A stretch of 59,889 bases of DNA, the filler included. It is 7 parts of 7 records of this genome, joined end to end, with 100 filler letters (N's around TTAATTAATTAA, not from the genome) between each part and the next. Parts side by side here need not be neighbours in the genome. Positions count along the whole stretch, not along the records: positions 35,360 to 42,671 come from SRR31156797_18654; positions 42,772 to 48,112 come from SRR31156797_18656; positions 48,213 to 59,889 come from SRR31156797_18658; 4 more parts are not named here. One strand, written 5' to 3'. The translations under genes and the position numbers were made by a program. This document shows positions 39,822 through 49,791 of the stretch, piece by piece. Numbering within the stretch: the stretch's first letter is position 1; the number at the start of each line of letters is the position of its first letter. The notes beneath the pieces are model-generated. The model had not been told where the DNA came from, made no database searches, and saw only the letters and a list, made by a program, of their open reading frames with translations.

Positions 39822-39910
39822 ACCTCACCTAAATCCTCTCCTACTCTTAGGAGAGGACTTTTTCTTACTCCCCTTCTCCTAAGCTAGGAGAAGGGGTTGG
39901 GGGATGAGGT
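39822..39910. repeat. BoxC-like palindromic element, inverted dimer
   Basis: Outer pair ACCTCA/TGAGGT enclosing perfect stems TCCTCTCCTA/TAGGAGAGGA (39834-39857) and CCCCTTCTCCTA/TAGGAGAAGGGG (39870-39896). Confidence 0.75.
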
Positions 39911-39922
39911 CTATTGTTTTTT

Positions 39923-40876
39923 CTATTTAACTAATTCTTCAACTTTTTCGATAATTGCTCTAGCTGACATATTATATTTATCAATAACTTGATTATATTT
40001 TCCACTTTCAGCAAAAGTATCTTGTAATGCTACCTGACCAAATTTAACTGCTACACCATTTGTTAAGCAATGAGTTGCTAATTTAGTTCCAAGTCCATTA
40101 TTCATTTGATGATTTTCTACTACAACTAATTTTCCAGTTTTAGCTATACTTGCTTCTACAGTTTTAGCATCAAATGGTTTAACTGAATACATATCAATTA
40201 CTTCAGCTTTAATTCCTTTTGCGTCTAACTCTTTAGCAGCTTCAAGTGCTTGGAAAACCATATCCCCATAAGCTGCAATTGTTACGTCATTTCCTTCTGT
40301 TAATGTATGCGATCCACCTAGTTCAAATGTATCTTTTTCATCATATATATTGCTATATGTTTCTCTCATTAATCTAGTAAAGAAAGGTCCATCATTTGCC
40401 ATTGTGATATCAAAGATTTTTCTAGCTGACTCGTCATCTGCAGGAACCATTACGTTCATGTTAGGGATAGTACTCATAAATGCGATATCTTCAGTTGCTT
40501 GGTGAGTAACACCATCAATTGCTGCTGTAACTCCACCATGTGAAGATAAGATTTTTACGTTAAGTTTAGGATAACAGATGAACGATCTAATTACTTCAAG
40601 TGCTCTCATTGTTAAGAATACTCCGTATCCTCCTACAATTACAGTTCTTCCTGAGTTTGCCATTCCTGCTGCTGCTGACATAGTTGCTACTTCTGCGATA
40701 CCTAAGTTAAAATATCTATTAGGGAATTTATCTCCGAATAAGTTTGTGTAAGTTGAAAATCCAATATCAGAATCAAATACAGCGAAATCCTTATTTACTT
40801 CTCCATATTCAACCATTCTTTTAGAAAATGCCAATCTAGTTGGCCCTTCAGATTTTTTTAATTCTGTTATATTCAT
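39923..40876 (-). CDS. Split transketolase, C-terminal (pyrimidine-binding) subunit
   Basis: RYFNLGIAE, DGVTHQATED, IPNMNVMVPAD, SVKPFD and VENH. Confidence 0.93.
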   Translation of the reverse strand: MNITELKKSEGPTRLAFSKRMVEYGEVNKDFAVFDSDIGFSTYTNLFGDKFPNRYFNLGIAEVATMSAAAGMANSGRTVIVGGYGVFLTMRALEVIRSFICYPKLNVKILSSHGGVTAAIDGVTHQATEDIAFMSTIPNMNVMVPADDESARKIFDITMANDGPFFTRLMRETYSNIYDEKDTFELGGSHTLTEGNDVTIAAYGDMVFQALEAAKELDAKGIKAEVIDMYSVKPFDAKTVEASIAKTGKLVVVENHQMNNGLGTKLATHCLTNGVAVKFGQVALQDTFAESGKYNQVIDKYNMSARAIIEKVEELVK

Positions 40877-41715
40877 TAAAATCCCTCCTGTACATCTTTT
40901 AGTGCTACTTTTAATTGCTCTTCATCAGGTGCTTTTCCATGCCACCCTCTTACATCTTCCATGAAACTTACACCTTTACCTTTTACAGTATTTGCAATGA
41001 TAGCTTGTGGTTTACCTGTTACTGCTTTTGCTGCTTCTACCGCTTTTATTACTTCTGGAATACTATGTCCATCACATTCAATTGTTTCAAATCCAAATGC
41101 AGCGAACTTAGCCATTAAATCTCCAATTGGCATGATCTCTTCTACTCTACCATCATTTTGAAGATTATTTTTATCTACAATTACTGTCATATTATCTAGT
41201 TTATATTTGTTACATGTTTGCGCTGCTTCCCAGATAGCTCCCTCTTGAGTTTCTCCATCTCCTAAGATTGAGTAAACTCTATAGTCTGCTCCAGTCATTT
41301 TAGCCTCAAGTGCCATTCCAACAGCTTGAGCAAATCCGATTCCTAACGAACCAGTTGTTGCTTCGATACCATTACATTTCCCTTTAACAGGATGCCCTTG
41401 TAATGGACTGTTAATTTGTCTAAGTTTATCAAGGTCTTCCATTGGAAAGTATCCTTTAAGTGCTAGTGATACATACCATATTGGACAAGCATGCCCTTTT
41501 GATAGTACAAATCTATCTCTATTTGGTGTACAAGCTTTTGGATCTTCACCAAGGTACATTTGATCAAAATATAGTACTGTCATTAAGTCAGCAGAAGATA
41601 ACGAACCTCCTGGATGACCTGATTGTGCTTTATGAATCATCTTAAGCACCTCTTGTCTCATTTCTTTCGATTTCCCTTCAAGAAATTCTACTCTTTCTTC
41701 GAAAGTTTTACTCAT
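40876..41715 (-). CDS. Split transketolase, N-terminal (ThDP-binding) subunit
   Basis: GHPGGSLS, RDRFVLSKGHA, LQGHP, TTGSLG, GDGETQEG and TVKGKGVSFME; stop/start overlap with the C subunit. Confidence 0.95.
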   Translation of the reverse strand: MSKTFEERVEFLEGKSKEMRQEVLKMIHKAQSGHPGGSLSSADLMTVLYFDQMYLGEDPKACTPNRDRFVLSKGHACPIWYVSLALKGYFPMEDLDKLRQINSPLQGHPVKGKCNGIEATTGSLGIGFAQAVGMALEAKMTGADYRVYSILGDGETQEGAIWEAAQTCNKYKLDNMTVIVDKNNLQNDGRVEEIMPIGDLMAKFAAFGFETIECDGHSIPEVIKAVEAAKAVTGKPQAIIANTVKGKGVSFMEDVRGWHGKAPDEEQLKVALKDVQEGF

Positions 41716-41776
41716 TTTAATACCTCCTGTATAGGAATTATCTAAACATCATTCCTTAATTATATTTTTTGTTAAT

Positions 41777-42628
41777 TTATTGTTTAAGTTTTTTTACGCT
41801 TTCTAAATGTTCTTCAATAAAATCTTTTCCAAACTTATACTCACTAAATATCTCATACGGTTCAGCAATAATTTCTAAATCATAAGTTCCTTTATAACCG
41901 ATTTTATTAAATAGTTTAAACAAGTCCTCCCAGATTACATTACCTTTACCCGGCCTGTTACATATGTTCTCAATTCCGTAGTTGTCACATAGATGAGTAG
42001 ATACAATACATCCCTCTAATTGAGGTAGTATGTAATCAAAATTTTCTCTACTAAAATATGCATGTTTTACATCTAAGCATAAATTTAAATTTTTTATGCT
42101 CTCTTTTGCTTCAAGAAATCCTGTTAATCCTCCTAAAAAAGAGTAAGGCATAATCTCTACGCAAAATTCAAAACCATTTTCATTTGCTTTATCACAAAGC
42201 CATTTTAGTTTTTTAGTTGCTTTCTCTTTTACTCGTTTTGCTTCTTCAAGCTCTAATACTCTATCGCACATTAAACTTGGAATAGGTACACAAACTCTTT
42301 TAATACCCTTAATTTGCTTTATTTTAGCTAATAACTTAATATAAACCTCTTCTCCAAAATCGGAGAAGATACGCTGGGGAGTTAGGAAAGCTCCCAGCAT
42401 ATAGTGTGCTACAAATTGTTCAGTATTTAAATTTTGATTTTCAAGTTCTGTATTCATCAGTTCTATTTTTTCATCTGTCCATTCAGCATATTTCTCCTCG
42501 TGGAAAACTTCTAATTGAACATTATTAAAACCTAGTCTTTTTATATTTTTCAAATCCCCTATCATCTCATCAACAGAGAATTTATCTCCAAATCTTGAAA
42601 TAAACCATGCAGGTGATACTCCATACAT
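41777..42628 (-). CDS. Sugar phosphate isomerase/epimerase-family TIM barrel
   Basis: VEIMP, LDVKH, HLCDN, PGKG and YDLEI metal motifs. Confidence 0.8.
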   Translation of the reverse strand: MYGVSPAWFISRFGDKFSVDEMIGDLKNIKRLGFNNVQLEVFHEEKYAEWTDEKIELMNTELENQNLNTEQFVAHYMLGAFLTPQRIFSDFGEEVYIKLLAKIKQIKGIKRVCVPIPSLMCDRVLELEEAKRVKEKATKKLKWLCDKANENGFEFCVEIMPYSFLGGLTGFLEAKESIKNLNLCLDVKHAYFSRENFDYILPQLEGCIVSTHLCDNYGIENICNRPGKGNVIWEDLFKLFNKIGYKGTYDLEIIAEPYEIFSEYKFGKDFIEEHLESVKKLKQ

Positions 42629-42671
42629 AATAAAACTCCTATACTATATAAATTCTAATTAGTTTCTGGTA

Positions 42672-42771
42672 NNNNNNNNNNNNNNNNNNNNNNNNNNNNN
42701 NNNNNNNNNNNNNNNTTAATTAATTAANNNNNNNNNNNNNNNNNNNNNNNNNNNNNNNNNNNNNNNNNNNN
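42672..42771. other. Artificial contig spacer
   Basis: N44-TTAATTAATTAA-N44. Confidence 0.99.
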
Positions 42772-42867
42772 AGTCATTTACTACAGTAAACTTCTTCATA
42801 AATTTTAATCTCTGCCTTGACCTTAAATAAAATATGACTTTTTAGATTATTTTGATATTATCATTTT

Positions 42868-44079
42868 ATGAAACATTATCAAGATATAAAAACTGGTAGA
42901 ATTTATGCTTTTGAAGATAATATTAACCCTTTCAAATTAAATAATAGAAATTTACCTATTAAAACGCTAAGTGAAATAGTTAAAGAAAAGCCAAATGACA
43001 ATTACTTTTGGAGTGAAGGAGCTTGGGTGCATAAAGATAAATTACCTAGTGACTATAAAGAACCAGTATCTGATGTACCAAGTTTTAGTCCTGCTTGGAT
43101 ATCTTTTTTATTTCCTGTAGGTACTATTATTGTTGATGATAATATTAATATAGATATAAATTTGGACCAAATTAATTCAAATACTTATAATTGGAAAGAG
43201 TTCTCAAAAGTTGTATTAGTACTTCCTGATATTAATGGCAATGACCTACCCACATTAGTAACAGTTGATGGGGCACTTATGCTTCCTAATTCTGAAGTAT
43301 ATTTTTCTCAAGAAATAGCAATTCAAGAAATAAATAAAATAAGAGGTTCTTTATTCTTAGGAGGACTATTAATACGACAGACTGATATTAATGATTTAAA
43401 CCAAGGAAAAATTGAAGAGGGAGGTGAGTATAGTTTTGTATATAACCCTTCTTTTCATAATAGAATTAGATTAGGAGATACTTCTAAATCTGAAAGTATT
43501 GTTTTATTTAACCTTAATAGAATTGATGTAAATAAAGTTAAAAAATGTTTTGATTTAGGAATACAAGTAATTGAGAAAATGAAAGTAGAATTTACATTCT
43601 TAATTAATGGATATTTTAATATTATGTTTCATAATAGTAGTGATGGACTTATGAATTTATGGATAGTAGTAGAAAAATTAATTGATAAAATTTGGGAAGA
43701 TCAAAAAGATACTGAAACTAGAAGAATGTTAAAAAAGATCAAATATAATGATACAACTATTGAAAGAAAAATTCTTTTTTTAAGAGAAAATAACACATTA
43801 AATGAAAAAGGTTTTCAAGTATTAAATAAGGCAAGAAATGAAAGAAATAGTTTAATACATTCAGCAATTAGCCCTGAAATTAAAACTGTGGAACAGCTTT
43901 GGGTTGTTTTATTTAATTTAATAAAGATTGCACATAACTTTGAGTTAACAGATTTAAAAAATCAAACAGTTGTAAAAGATAATAAGCAAATGGAAATATT
44001 TAATAGAAGAAATGGAAATTATTTTGAAGAAACAGTAAAAGGAACTAGAAATTTTGATGATTGGAAATCTAATATTTAA
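42868..44079 (+). CDS. Hypothetical protein with a C-terminal HEPN-like RNase motif (ApeA/MAE_28990-like) and an N-terminal phage tail-assembly-like segment
   Basis: LWIVVEKL (HEPN Glu helix) and ARNERNSLIH (RxxxxH at 43843-43860); the N-terminal ~60 aa are compositionally a separate module. Confidence 0.6.
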   Translation: MKHYQDIKTGRIYAFEDNINPFKLNNRNLPIKTLSEIVKEKPNDNYFWSEGAWVHKDKLPSDYKEPVSDVPSFSPAWISFLFPVGTIIVDDNINIDINLDQINSNTYNWKEFSKVVLVLPDINGNDLPTLVTVDGALMLPNSEVYFSQEIAIQEINKIRGSLFLGGLLIRQTDINDLNQGKIEEGGEYSFVYNPSFHNRIRLGDTSKSESIVLFNLNRIDVNKVKKCFDLGIQVIEKMKVEFTFLINGYFNIMFHNSSDGLMNLWIVVEKLIDKIWEDQKDTETRRMLKKIKYNDTTIERKILFLRENNTLNEKGFQVLNKARNERNSLIHSAISPEIKTVEQLWVVLFNLIKIAHNFELTDLKNQTVVKDNKQMEIFNRRNGNYFEETVKGTRNFDDWKSNI

Positions 44080-44129
44080 TACTTTGACTAGTATAATTCG
44101 ATAATCAAAAAATAAAAAAAGAGACCTAA

Positions 44130-44663
44130 ATGTTTTTCAAGAAAAAAGAGTGCCCAATAGCAAAACTTGGTGAAAAAATTTTAAGACAAAAAGCCAAAGA
44201 AGTAGAAAATATAAACTCAAAAGAGATACTAACTATTATAAAGAAAATGCTTGATTGTGTAAAATCAAGTAGGGGAGTTGGACTTGCTGCTCCTCAAATC
44301 TTTGAAAGCTATCAAATACTTATAATCTCATCTCACCCAAATGATAGATATCCAAATGCTCCACTTATGGAAGATGAGATACTTATTAATCCAAAAATCA
44401 TAAATAAATCAGAAACTATAGAAAAAGATTGGGAAGGGTGTTTAAGTATTCCAGGTATTAGAGCTTTGGTTCCAAGGCATAAAACAATTGAAGTTGAATA
44501 CACAACATTAGATAATAAAAAGGTACAAGTAGTATTTGAGGATTTTGTTGCAAGAATATTTCAACATGAGTATGACCATTTATTAGGTAAGGTTTATATA
44601 GACAGAGTAGAGACTCCTAAAGATATAATATCAGAAGAAGTCTATTTTAAAACTATAAAGTAG
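44130..44663 (+). CDS. def: Peptide deformylase
   Basis: GVGLAAPQ, EGCLS and QHEYDHL motifs all intact. Confidence 0.95.
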   Translation: MFFKKKECPIAKLGEKILRQKAKEVENINSKEILTIIKKMLDCVKSSRGVGLAAPQIFESYQILIISSHPNDRYPNAPLMEDEILINPKIINKSETIEKDWEGCLSIPGIRALVPRHKTIEVEYTTLDNKKVQVVFEDFVARIFQHEYDHLLGKVYIDRVETPKDIISEEVYFKTIK

Positions 44664-44685
44664 TAAGAGCTAGACTCTTTGTACT

Positions 44686-44952
44686 TTAGTGTTCGCTGTG
44701 CTCAGCAATCATAGTTTGTATTTTTTCTAAAATCTCTTTTGCTTGTTCTTCATCCATTTTTTCTTCATCGATTGCTAAAAGAATATTTTGAAGTTCTACT
44801 AAAAAAGACTCCATATCTCTAACTTCTTCTAGTGTATCATCTGTTTGTTCATTTTTCTCAATAACTTTATGTAAATCTTCAATATAACTTTCAACTTCAG
44901 GTATCATAGTATCATGAACAATTGAATATAACTCTTTTTTTATTTCTGACAT
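44686..44952 (-). CDS. Small acidic helical hypothetical protein
   Basis: 88-aa ORF with SD AGGGA; Glu/Asp-rich. Confidence 0.7.
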   Translation of the reverse strand: MSEIKKELYSIVHDTMIPEVESYIEDLHKVIEKNEQTDDTLEEVRDMESFLVELQNILLAIDEEKMDEEQAKEILEKIQTMIAEHSEH

Positions 44953-45058
44953 TTTGTCCCTTTTTTGATTTTGGCTATTATATCTTTATATATTCAATAC
45001 TTAGGTTAACTTTATCATAGGATGATATACTTTCAATTAAAAATTTTCAGGACACAAA

Positions 45059-45406
45059 ATGATTACTAGAAAAATAATAAATGAAAAAATGAGCAGAATA
45101 GTAGAACACAATGGCACTATCTATTTTGCAGGAATTGTATCAGATGATAAAGAGCTAGATATCAAGGTTCAAGCTAAAAGAGCTTTAGAAATAGCAGAAG
45201 AAAGATTTAAAGAAGCGGGAACAGATAAACATCATCTTCTTAGAGCTGAGATTTGCCTAAAAGATATTTATAGGGACTTCAAAGCTTTTAATGAAGTTTG
45301 GAACGAGTGGGTTTCAGATGAAAAGCCAGCAAGAGCTTGTGTTGAAGCAAATATGGCAAGTCATAATACTCTTGTAGAAATCATCTTCACAGCAGCAAAA
45401 AAATAA
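45059..45406 (+). CDS. RidA/YjgF superfamily protein (YoaB-like)
   Basis: MSRIVEHNGTIYFAG, FNEVWNEW, PARACVEA (catalytic Arg) and LVEI. Confidence 0.9.
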   Translation: MITRKIINEKMSRIVEHNGTIYFAGIVSDDKELDIKVQAKRALEIAEERFKEAGTDKHHLLRAEICLKDIYRDFKAFNEVWNEWVSDEKPARACVEANMASHNTLVEIIFTAAKK

Positions 45407-45412
45407 ATCTTT

Positions 45413-45877
45413 ATGTTTGAAGTTATCTACAAGTATCTTACTATCATTTTTTTGATAGTACTTATGTTTATACTTTCATTTACTGCATATGAATTTTATA
45501 TTGGTTCAATCACAGTTGATAGTATATTTTTACATAAAGTAGCAGGAATAGCTCTACTTGTAGTAACTTTAATTCATATATTAATAAGAAGAAAAAAACT
45601 AAAAAAATTAACTCAAGAGTTTTTTAATATTTTCTCTCAAAATAAAAAAGTCACACTAGATAGTGATATGGATAGACTGCTTGATTTTTTGGAACCAAAA
45701 ACTTTAAAGCAAGTATGTGATACTTTTAATCTTGATACTAAAGAGCTTGATAAAATCTTTTCACAAAATAATATTTCTTATGAAAGTTTAGAGCAAACAC
45801 TAAAAGAAATATCTAAAATAAACTCATATAAAACCTTTGCAATAGTAGTAAAAATAATAGAATACAAAGCTGACTAA
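45413..45877 (+). CDS. Hypothetical membrane protein (DUF4405-like His-containing TM pair)
   Basis: Two TMs with LHKVAG...LIHI; soluble C-terminal domain. Confidence 0.55.
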   Translation: MFEVIYKYLTIIFLIVLMFILSFTAYEFYIGSITVDSIFLHKVAGIALLVVTLIHILIRRKKLKKLTQEFFNIFSQNKKVTLDSDMDRLLDFLEPKTLKQVCDTFNLDTKELDKIFSQNNISYESLEQTLKEISKINSYKTFAIVVKIIEYKAD

Positions 45878-45984
45878 TCAAAAGATTATTCTATGTTTAA
45901 TAAAATAAACTATATATAATTTTTTTTATAATATATACTTTTCTTTTGTATGATTTCAGTATATGGATTTAAAAGGATACTTCT

Positions 45985-47235
45985 ATGAAAAAAGATGTAA
46001 TAGTTATTGGTGGTGGTATAGTTGGACTTATGTGTGCTTACAATCTTCATAAAAGAGGACGACAAGTTACAGTAATAGACGAGGGTACTATTGAAAATGC
46101 AACATCCTTTGGAAATGCAGGGCTTTTATCTTCTTTTGATAAAACACCATTAAGTTACCCAGGAGTTGTATCAAACACTTTAAAACTTATGCTAAAGGGA
46201 CAATCTCCTGCTATATTTCATCCAAACTTAGATTTAAAACTTTATAAGTGGTTATATAGATTTGTACAAAGTGCAAATGAAGTTCGTACAAAAAAGACAA
46301 TGATGTTATTTGAAAAGTATGGACAAATCTCACTTGATATCTACAAAGATTTAGTTTATAAAGAAGGTATTGATTTTGACTTTCACCATGATGGGATGTT
46401 ATCAGTCTTTACTCAAAAACATACATATAAAGAAAAACTTGAGAAATACAACTATATAGATGAAGAAGATAGGTTTGAGATTTTTGATGATGCAAAGATT
46501 AAAGAGTATCTGCCTTTTGCAAATGATAAAATAGAAGGAGCAATTTTATTTAAGAAAAATGCTCGAATAGATCCAAAGAAGTTAATGCTAGGACTTAAAA
46601 AGTATTTAGAAGATGAAGGAGTAGAGTTTATCTTAAATGAAGAAATTACAGATATAAAATATGAAAACAAGAAAGTAAAATATATCTATTCTCAAAATAG
46701 AAACTTCTATGAGGCTGAGACTTTTATCATGTCAACAGGGTACAAAACTGATTTGGCTAAAAAAAGCAATAAAGAACTTATGTTAACTCCTGCAAAAGGT
46801 TATAGTATAACTTTTACTATGCCAAAAGAGCTAAAACCAAAAACATCAACACTATTTAACGATTTATTTATAGTTATGACTCCAAGATTCAATGATGTAA
46901 GACTTACTTCAAAACTAGAACTAGGAAGTGATGACCCAGAAGTAGTACAAAAACAAATAGATAGTATAAAGAAAAACTTCAAAGAGTATAGTCTTCCTTT
47001 TGAAATGAAAGATGAAGTTACATGGAGTGGTTTTAGGCCTCTTACTCCAAATGATGTTCCTCTTATAGGAAGAGATGAAAACTATTCAAACTTAGTATAT
47101 GCTATGGGATTAGGTTGGCTAGGTATGACCTTTGCACCTTCTATTGGGCATATAATTGGTGACTTAGTAGAGTTTGACCAATCAAATGCAAAGAATGATG
47201 ACATACTTTTATTTTCAGGATTTTATCAGTATTAA
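45985..47235 (+). CDS. FAD-dependent D-amino acid dehydrogenase-like oxidoreductase
   Basis: VIGGGIVG, TSFGNAG, PAKGYS, WSGFRPLTP-D-PLIG and G-GWLGMT. Confidence 0.88.
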   Translation: MKKDVIVIGGGIVGLMCAYNLHKRGRQVTVIDEGTIENATSFGNAGLLSSFDKTPLSYPGVVSNTLKLMLKGQSPAIFHPNLDLKLYKWLYRFVQSANEVRTKKTMMLFEKYGQISLDIYKDLVYKEGIDFDFHHDGMLSVFTQKHTYKEKLEKYNYIDEEDRFEIFDDAKIKEYLPFANDKIEGAILFKKNARIDPKKLMLGLKKYLEDEGVEFILNEEITDIKYENKKVKYIYSQNRNFYEAETFIMSTGYKTDLAKKSNKELMLTPAKGYSITFTMPKELKPKTSTLFNDLFIVMTPRFNDVRLTSKLELGSDDPEVVQKQIDSIKKNFKEYSLPFEMKDEVTWSGFRPLTPNDVPLIGRDENYSNLVYAMGLGWLGMTFAPSIGHIIGDLVEFDQSNAKNDDILLFSGFYQY

Positions 47236-47240
47236 ACTCT

Positions 47241-47267
47241 AATAGTACCTTTTCGATACTATTTTTT
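47241..47267 (+). terminator. Possible weak intrinsic terminator after the DadA-like gene
   Basis: AATAGTA...TACTATT followed by a T run; AT-rich stem. Confidence 0.35.
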
Positions 47268-47298
47268 ATTATACTTTTCATTATAAAGAGGTGTAATA

Positions 47299-48112
47299 AT
47301 GAATGGAAACAATATAAATTTAATGTATGTAGAAGATGATGTCATTGTAAATGATACTATTACGAGCTTATTACAAAAGTTAGGTTATACAGTTTATAAC
47401 TTTTTTAATGGTGCAGATGCCTACAACTATTTTAAAGATAATAAAATTGATATAGTTATCTCTGATATTGATATGCCAAAGATGAATGGTATTGAATTAG
47501 TAGAAAAGATAAAAAAAGTAAATACAAAAACACCTATCATATTTACAACTGCAATTAGCGATGAAAAATATCTTCTTGATTCTATTAAATTAGGTATTGA
47601 TTTATTTATGAAAAAACCTATTGATTGTAGTGTCCTAAAAGAGAATGTTGATAAGGTTTTAAAGCCATACTTCTTAGAGCTTGAAAATGAAAAAAAAGAA
47701 GAGAAAATAAGAGAACAAGCAAAAGAGATTCTTATTGCAAAAACTGTTTCTATGATTTCGCACCAGTGGAGACAACCCTTATCAAAAATAGGTTCTATTA
47801 CAAGTAAGATTAGAGTCTACTCACAAATGAACAAACTTACCGATGAAATTTTAATTGCTAATTTAGAAAAAATAGAAAAAGAGAATATCTACCTTTCTTC
47901 AACAATAAATAAGTTTAATAATCTTTTAGAGAAAAAAGATATTAGAGAATTCTCTTTAAAAGAGTTACTAAAAAGTATAATAGAGGATGAAATCTCAATT
48001 GAGATGCAAAACAATGTTTTTATCAAAAGTGACTATGATGAGTTTAAAAATATTTTTGAAAGTATTCTAAAAAACTCTTATGAGCAGTTTGATAAAAATG
48101 ACATTGAAAATA
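47299..48112 (+). CDS. Receiver + histidine kinase hybrid protein, 3' truncated
   Basis: YVEDD, SDIDMPKMNG and KP (REC); MISHQWRQPL H-box typical of Campylobacterota kinases. Confidence 0.88.
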
Positions 48113-48212
48113 NNNNNNNNNNNNNNNNNNNNNNNNNNNNNNNNNNNNNNNNNNNNTTAATTAATTAANNNNNNNNNNNNNNNNNNNNNNNNNNNNNNNN
48201 NNNNNNNNNNNN
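48113..48212. other. Artificial contig spacer
   Basis: N44-TTAATTAATTAA-N44. Confidence 0.99.
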
Positions 48213-49445
48213 TCCGGCTCTGGCTGCTTCTATTGCTGCATTAAGCGATAGTAGATTCGTTTGTTCAGCTATACTCTGGATTGCGTTTGCCATCTCTGCT
48301 ATCTCCAGAACAACTTCTCCCTGCTTAATAGCGTTTAGTATATTCGTTTGTTTTTCTTTATATATTCTATCTGCTTCCAATCTCGAATCTCTTGCATTAA
48401 CTTTTATTTTCTCAGCTCTTTCTTCAATTTCCGATACTGTTTTAAATCCGGAAGTTGCTTTTTCCTCTAAGTTAACAGCTGACTTACTAATCTCAGTATT
48501 TGATGCAGATACCTCTTCTGTAGATGCACTTGTATTTTCCATACCAGATGCTATCTCCTGAGTTTGCGCCGTAATATTTCTAACATTATCATCAACAGCA
48601 TTTAGAGAATGCACCAACTCTTCCGTTGTTCTATGCAATTCCTCAGAATTAAGAAGAACACTCTTTACGATATTGTGAATATCTCCCATAAACTTATCAA
48701 AATATCTTGCTAACTCCCCTATCTCATCTTTTGATTTGATATCAAGCCTCTGAGTCAGATCGCCCTCTCCTTCTGAAATATCTTTTAGCATTGTAGTTGT
48801 TTTATTAATCGGATTTACAATTGTTGCCACAAGGAATGAAACCGAAGTAATAATAAATATTACAAAGAATCCTAAAACGATATAAAGTACTACTTTTGAT
48901 TTATTAGCAAGTTCATGTGCTTTCACACTTGACTCATTTCCTCCTGTTTTATTAAGTTCAACAATTGACATTAATTTTCCTGAGTATTCATTAAATAATT
49001 GCTTTGATCTTCCTTCAATTAATGCTTTAGCTTCTTCATTTTTATTTTCTCTGGATAATTCCAATAAAGTTTTGTGAATATCCAGATACTCTTTCCATAA
49101 AACTTGAAATTCCTCATATAATTTTTTTTCTTCCGGTGAAGAGATTAGCTGTTCATATTCATGAGCTTCACTTTTGAATGCAAATAATATCATATCCATG
49201 TTTTGCTCATATTGATCCATATAATTTGTATTTGTTGAAGCAATATGCCCTAATTCAGCTATTCTAAAATCTGATGTTTTAGTATTCAGATCATTAACCA
49301 TCGAAATTGACGGCATCCAGTTTAACTTAAGTGCATCTGTTTCTTTAATAATATTCTGCGTTCCGGAATAAAGAACAATAAATGATAATAACAGAATCAT
49401 TGCCAGAATTAAATAATTTAAAAGTATCTTTCCTTTGATTTTCAT
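48213..49445 (-). CDS. Methyl-accepting chemotaxis protein (4HB_MCP, HAMP), 3' truncated
   Basis: NWMPSI sensor start, EGEGDLTQRL...DEIGELA and [17 protein letters not shown]. Confidence 0.95.
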
Positions 49446-49727
49446 AAAGCTTCCCCCAATATTTTTATGTTTTGGTATGTCCCAAGAAAAATTATAGCAT
49501 CTCTGCTTAAAAAAATCAATTCGTTTTCAACAAATATACAAATTATAAATATAATAAGTGATCTTATATTATTTGCAACATTATACATACATTTACACAG
49601 GCGGATTTATTCTACTTTTCCAGTTGTTTCTTAGAGTTCTGCTAACTTAATTAAAGGCATTAATTAATTATTCAAGTTAAAATTTTAGTTTTATAGATAT
49701 TTTGTTACTTTTTTATAGAATATGTAA

Positions 49728-49767
49728 ACAAAAAGACACCTTGCATATATGCCAAGGTGCCTTTTGT
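49728..49767 (-). terminator. Intrinsic terminator of the GghA-like gene
   Basis: On the minus strand GGCACCTTG-loop-CAAGGTGTC followed by TTTTTGTTT, about 25 nt after the stop. Confidence 0.8.
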
Positions 49768-49791
49768 TCTAAGGTAGTTTTATGAAAACAT

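Noticed and set aside
42772-42799. Minus-strand gene start MKKFTVVND, reminiscent of a UvrB N-terminus
   Set aside because: Only nine codons before the spacer; not enough to assign
35360-48212. Functional link between the sugar operon, the HEPN gene and the MCPs
   Set aside because: They lie on different contigs separated by artificial spacers
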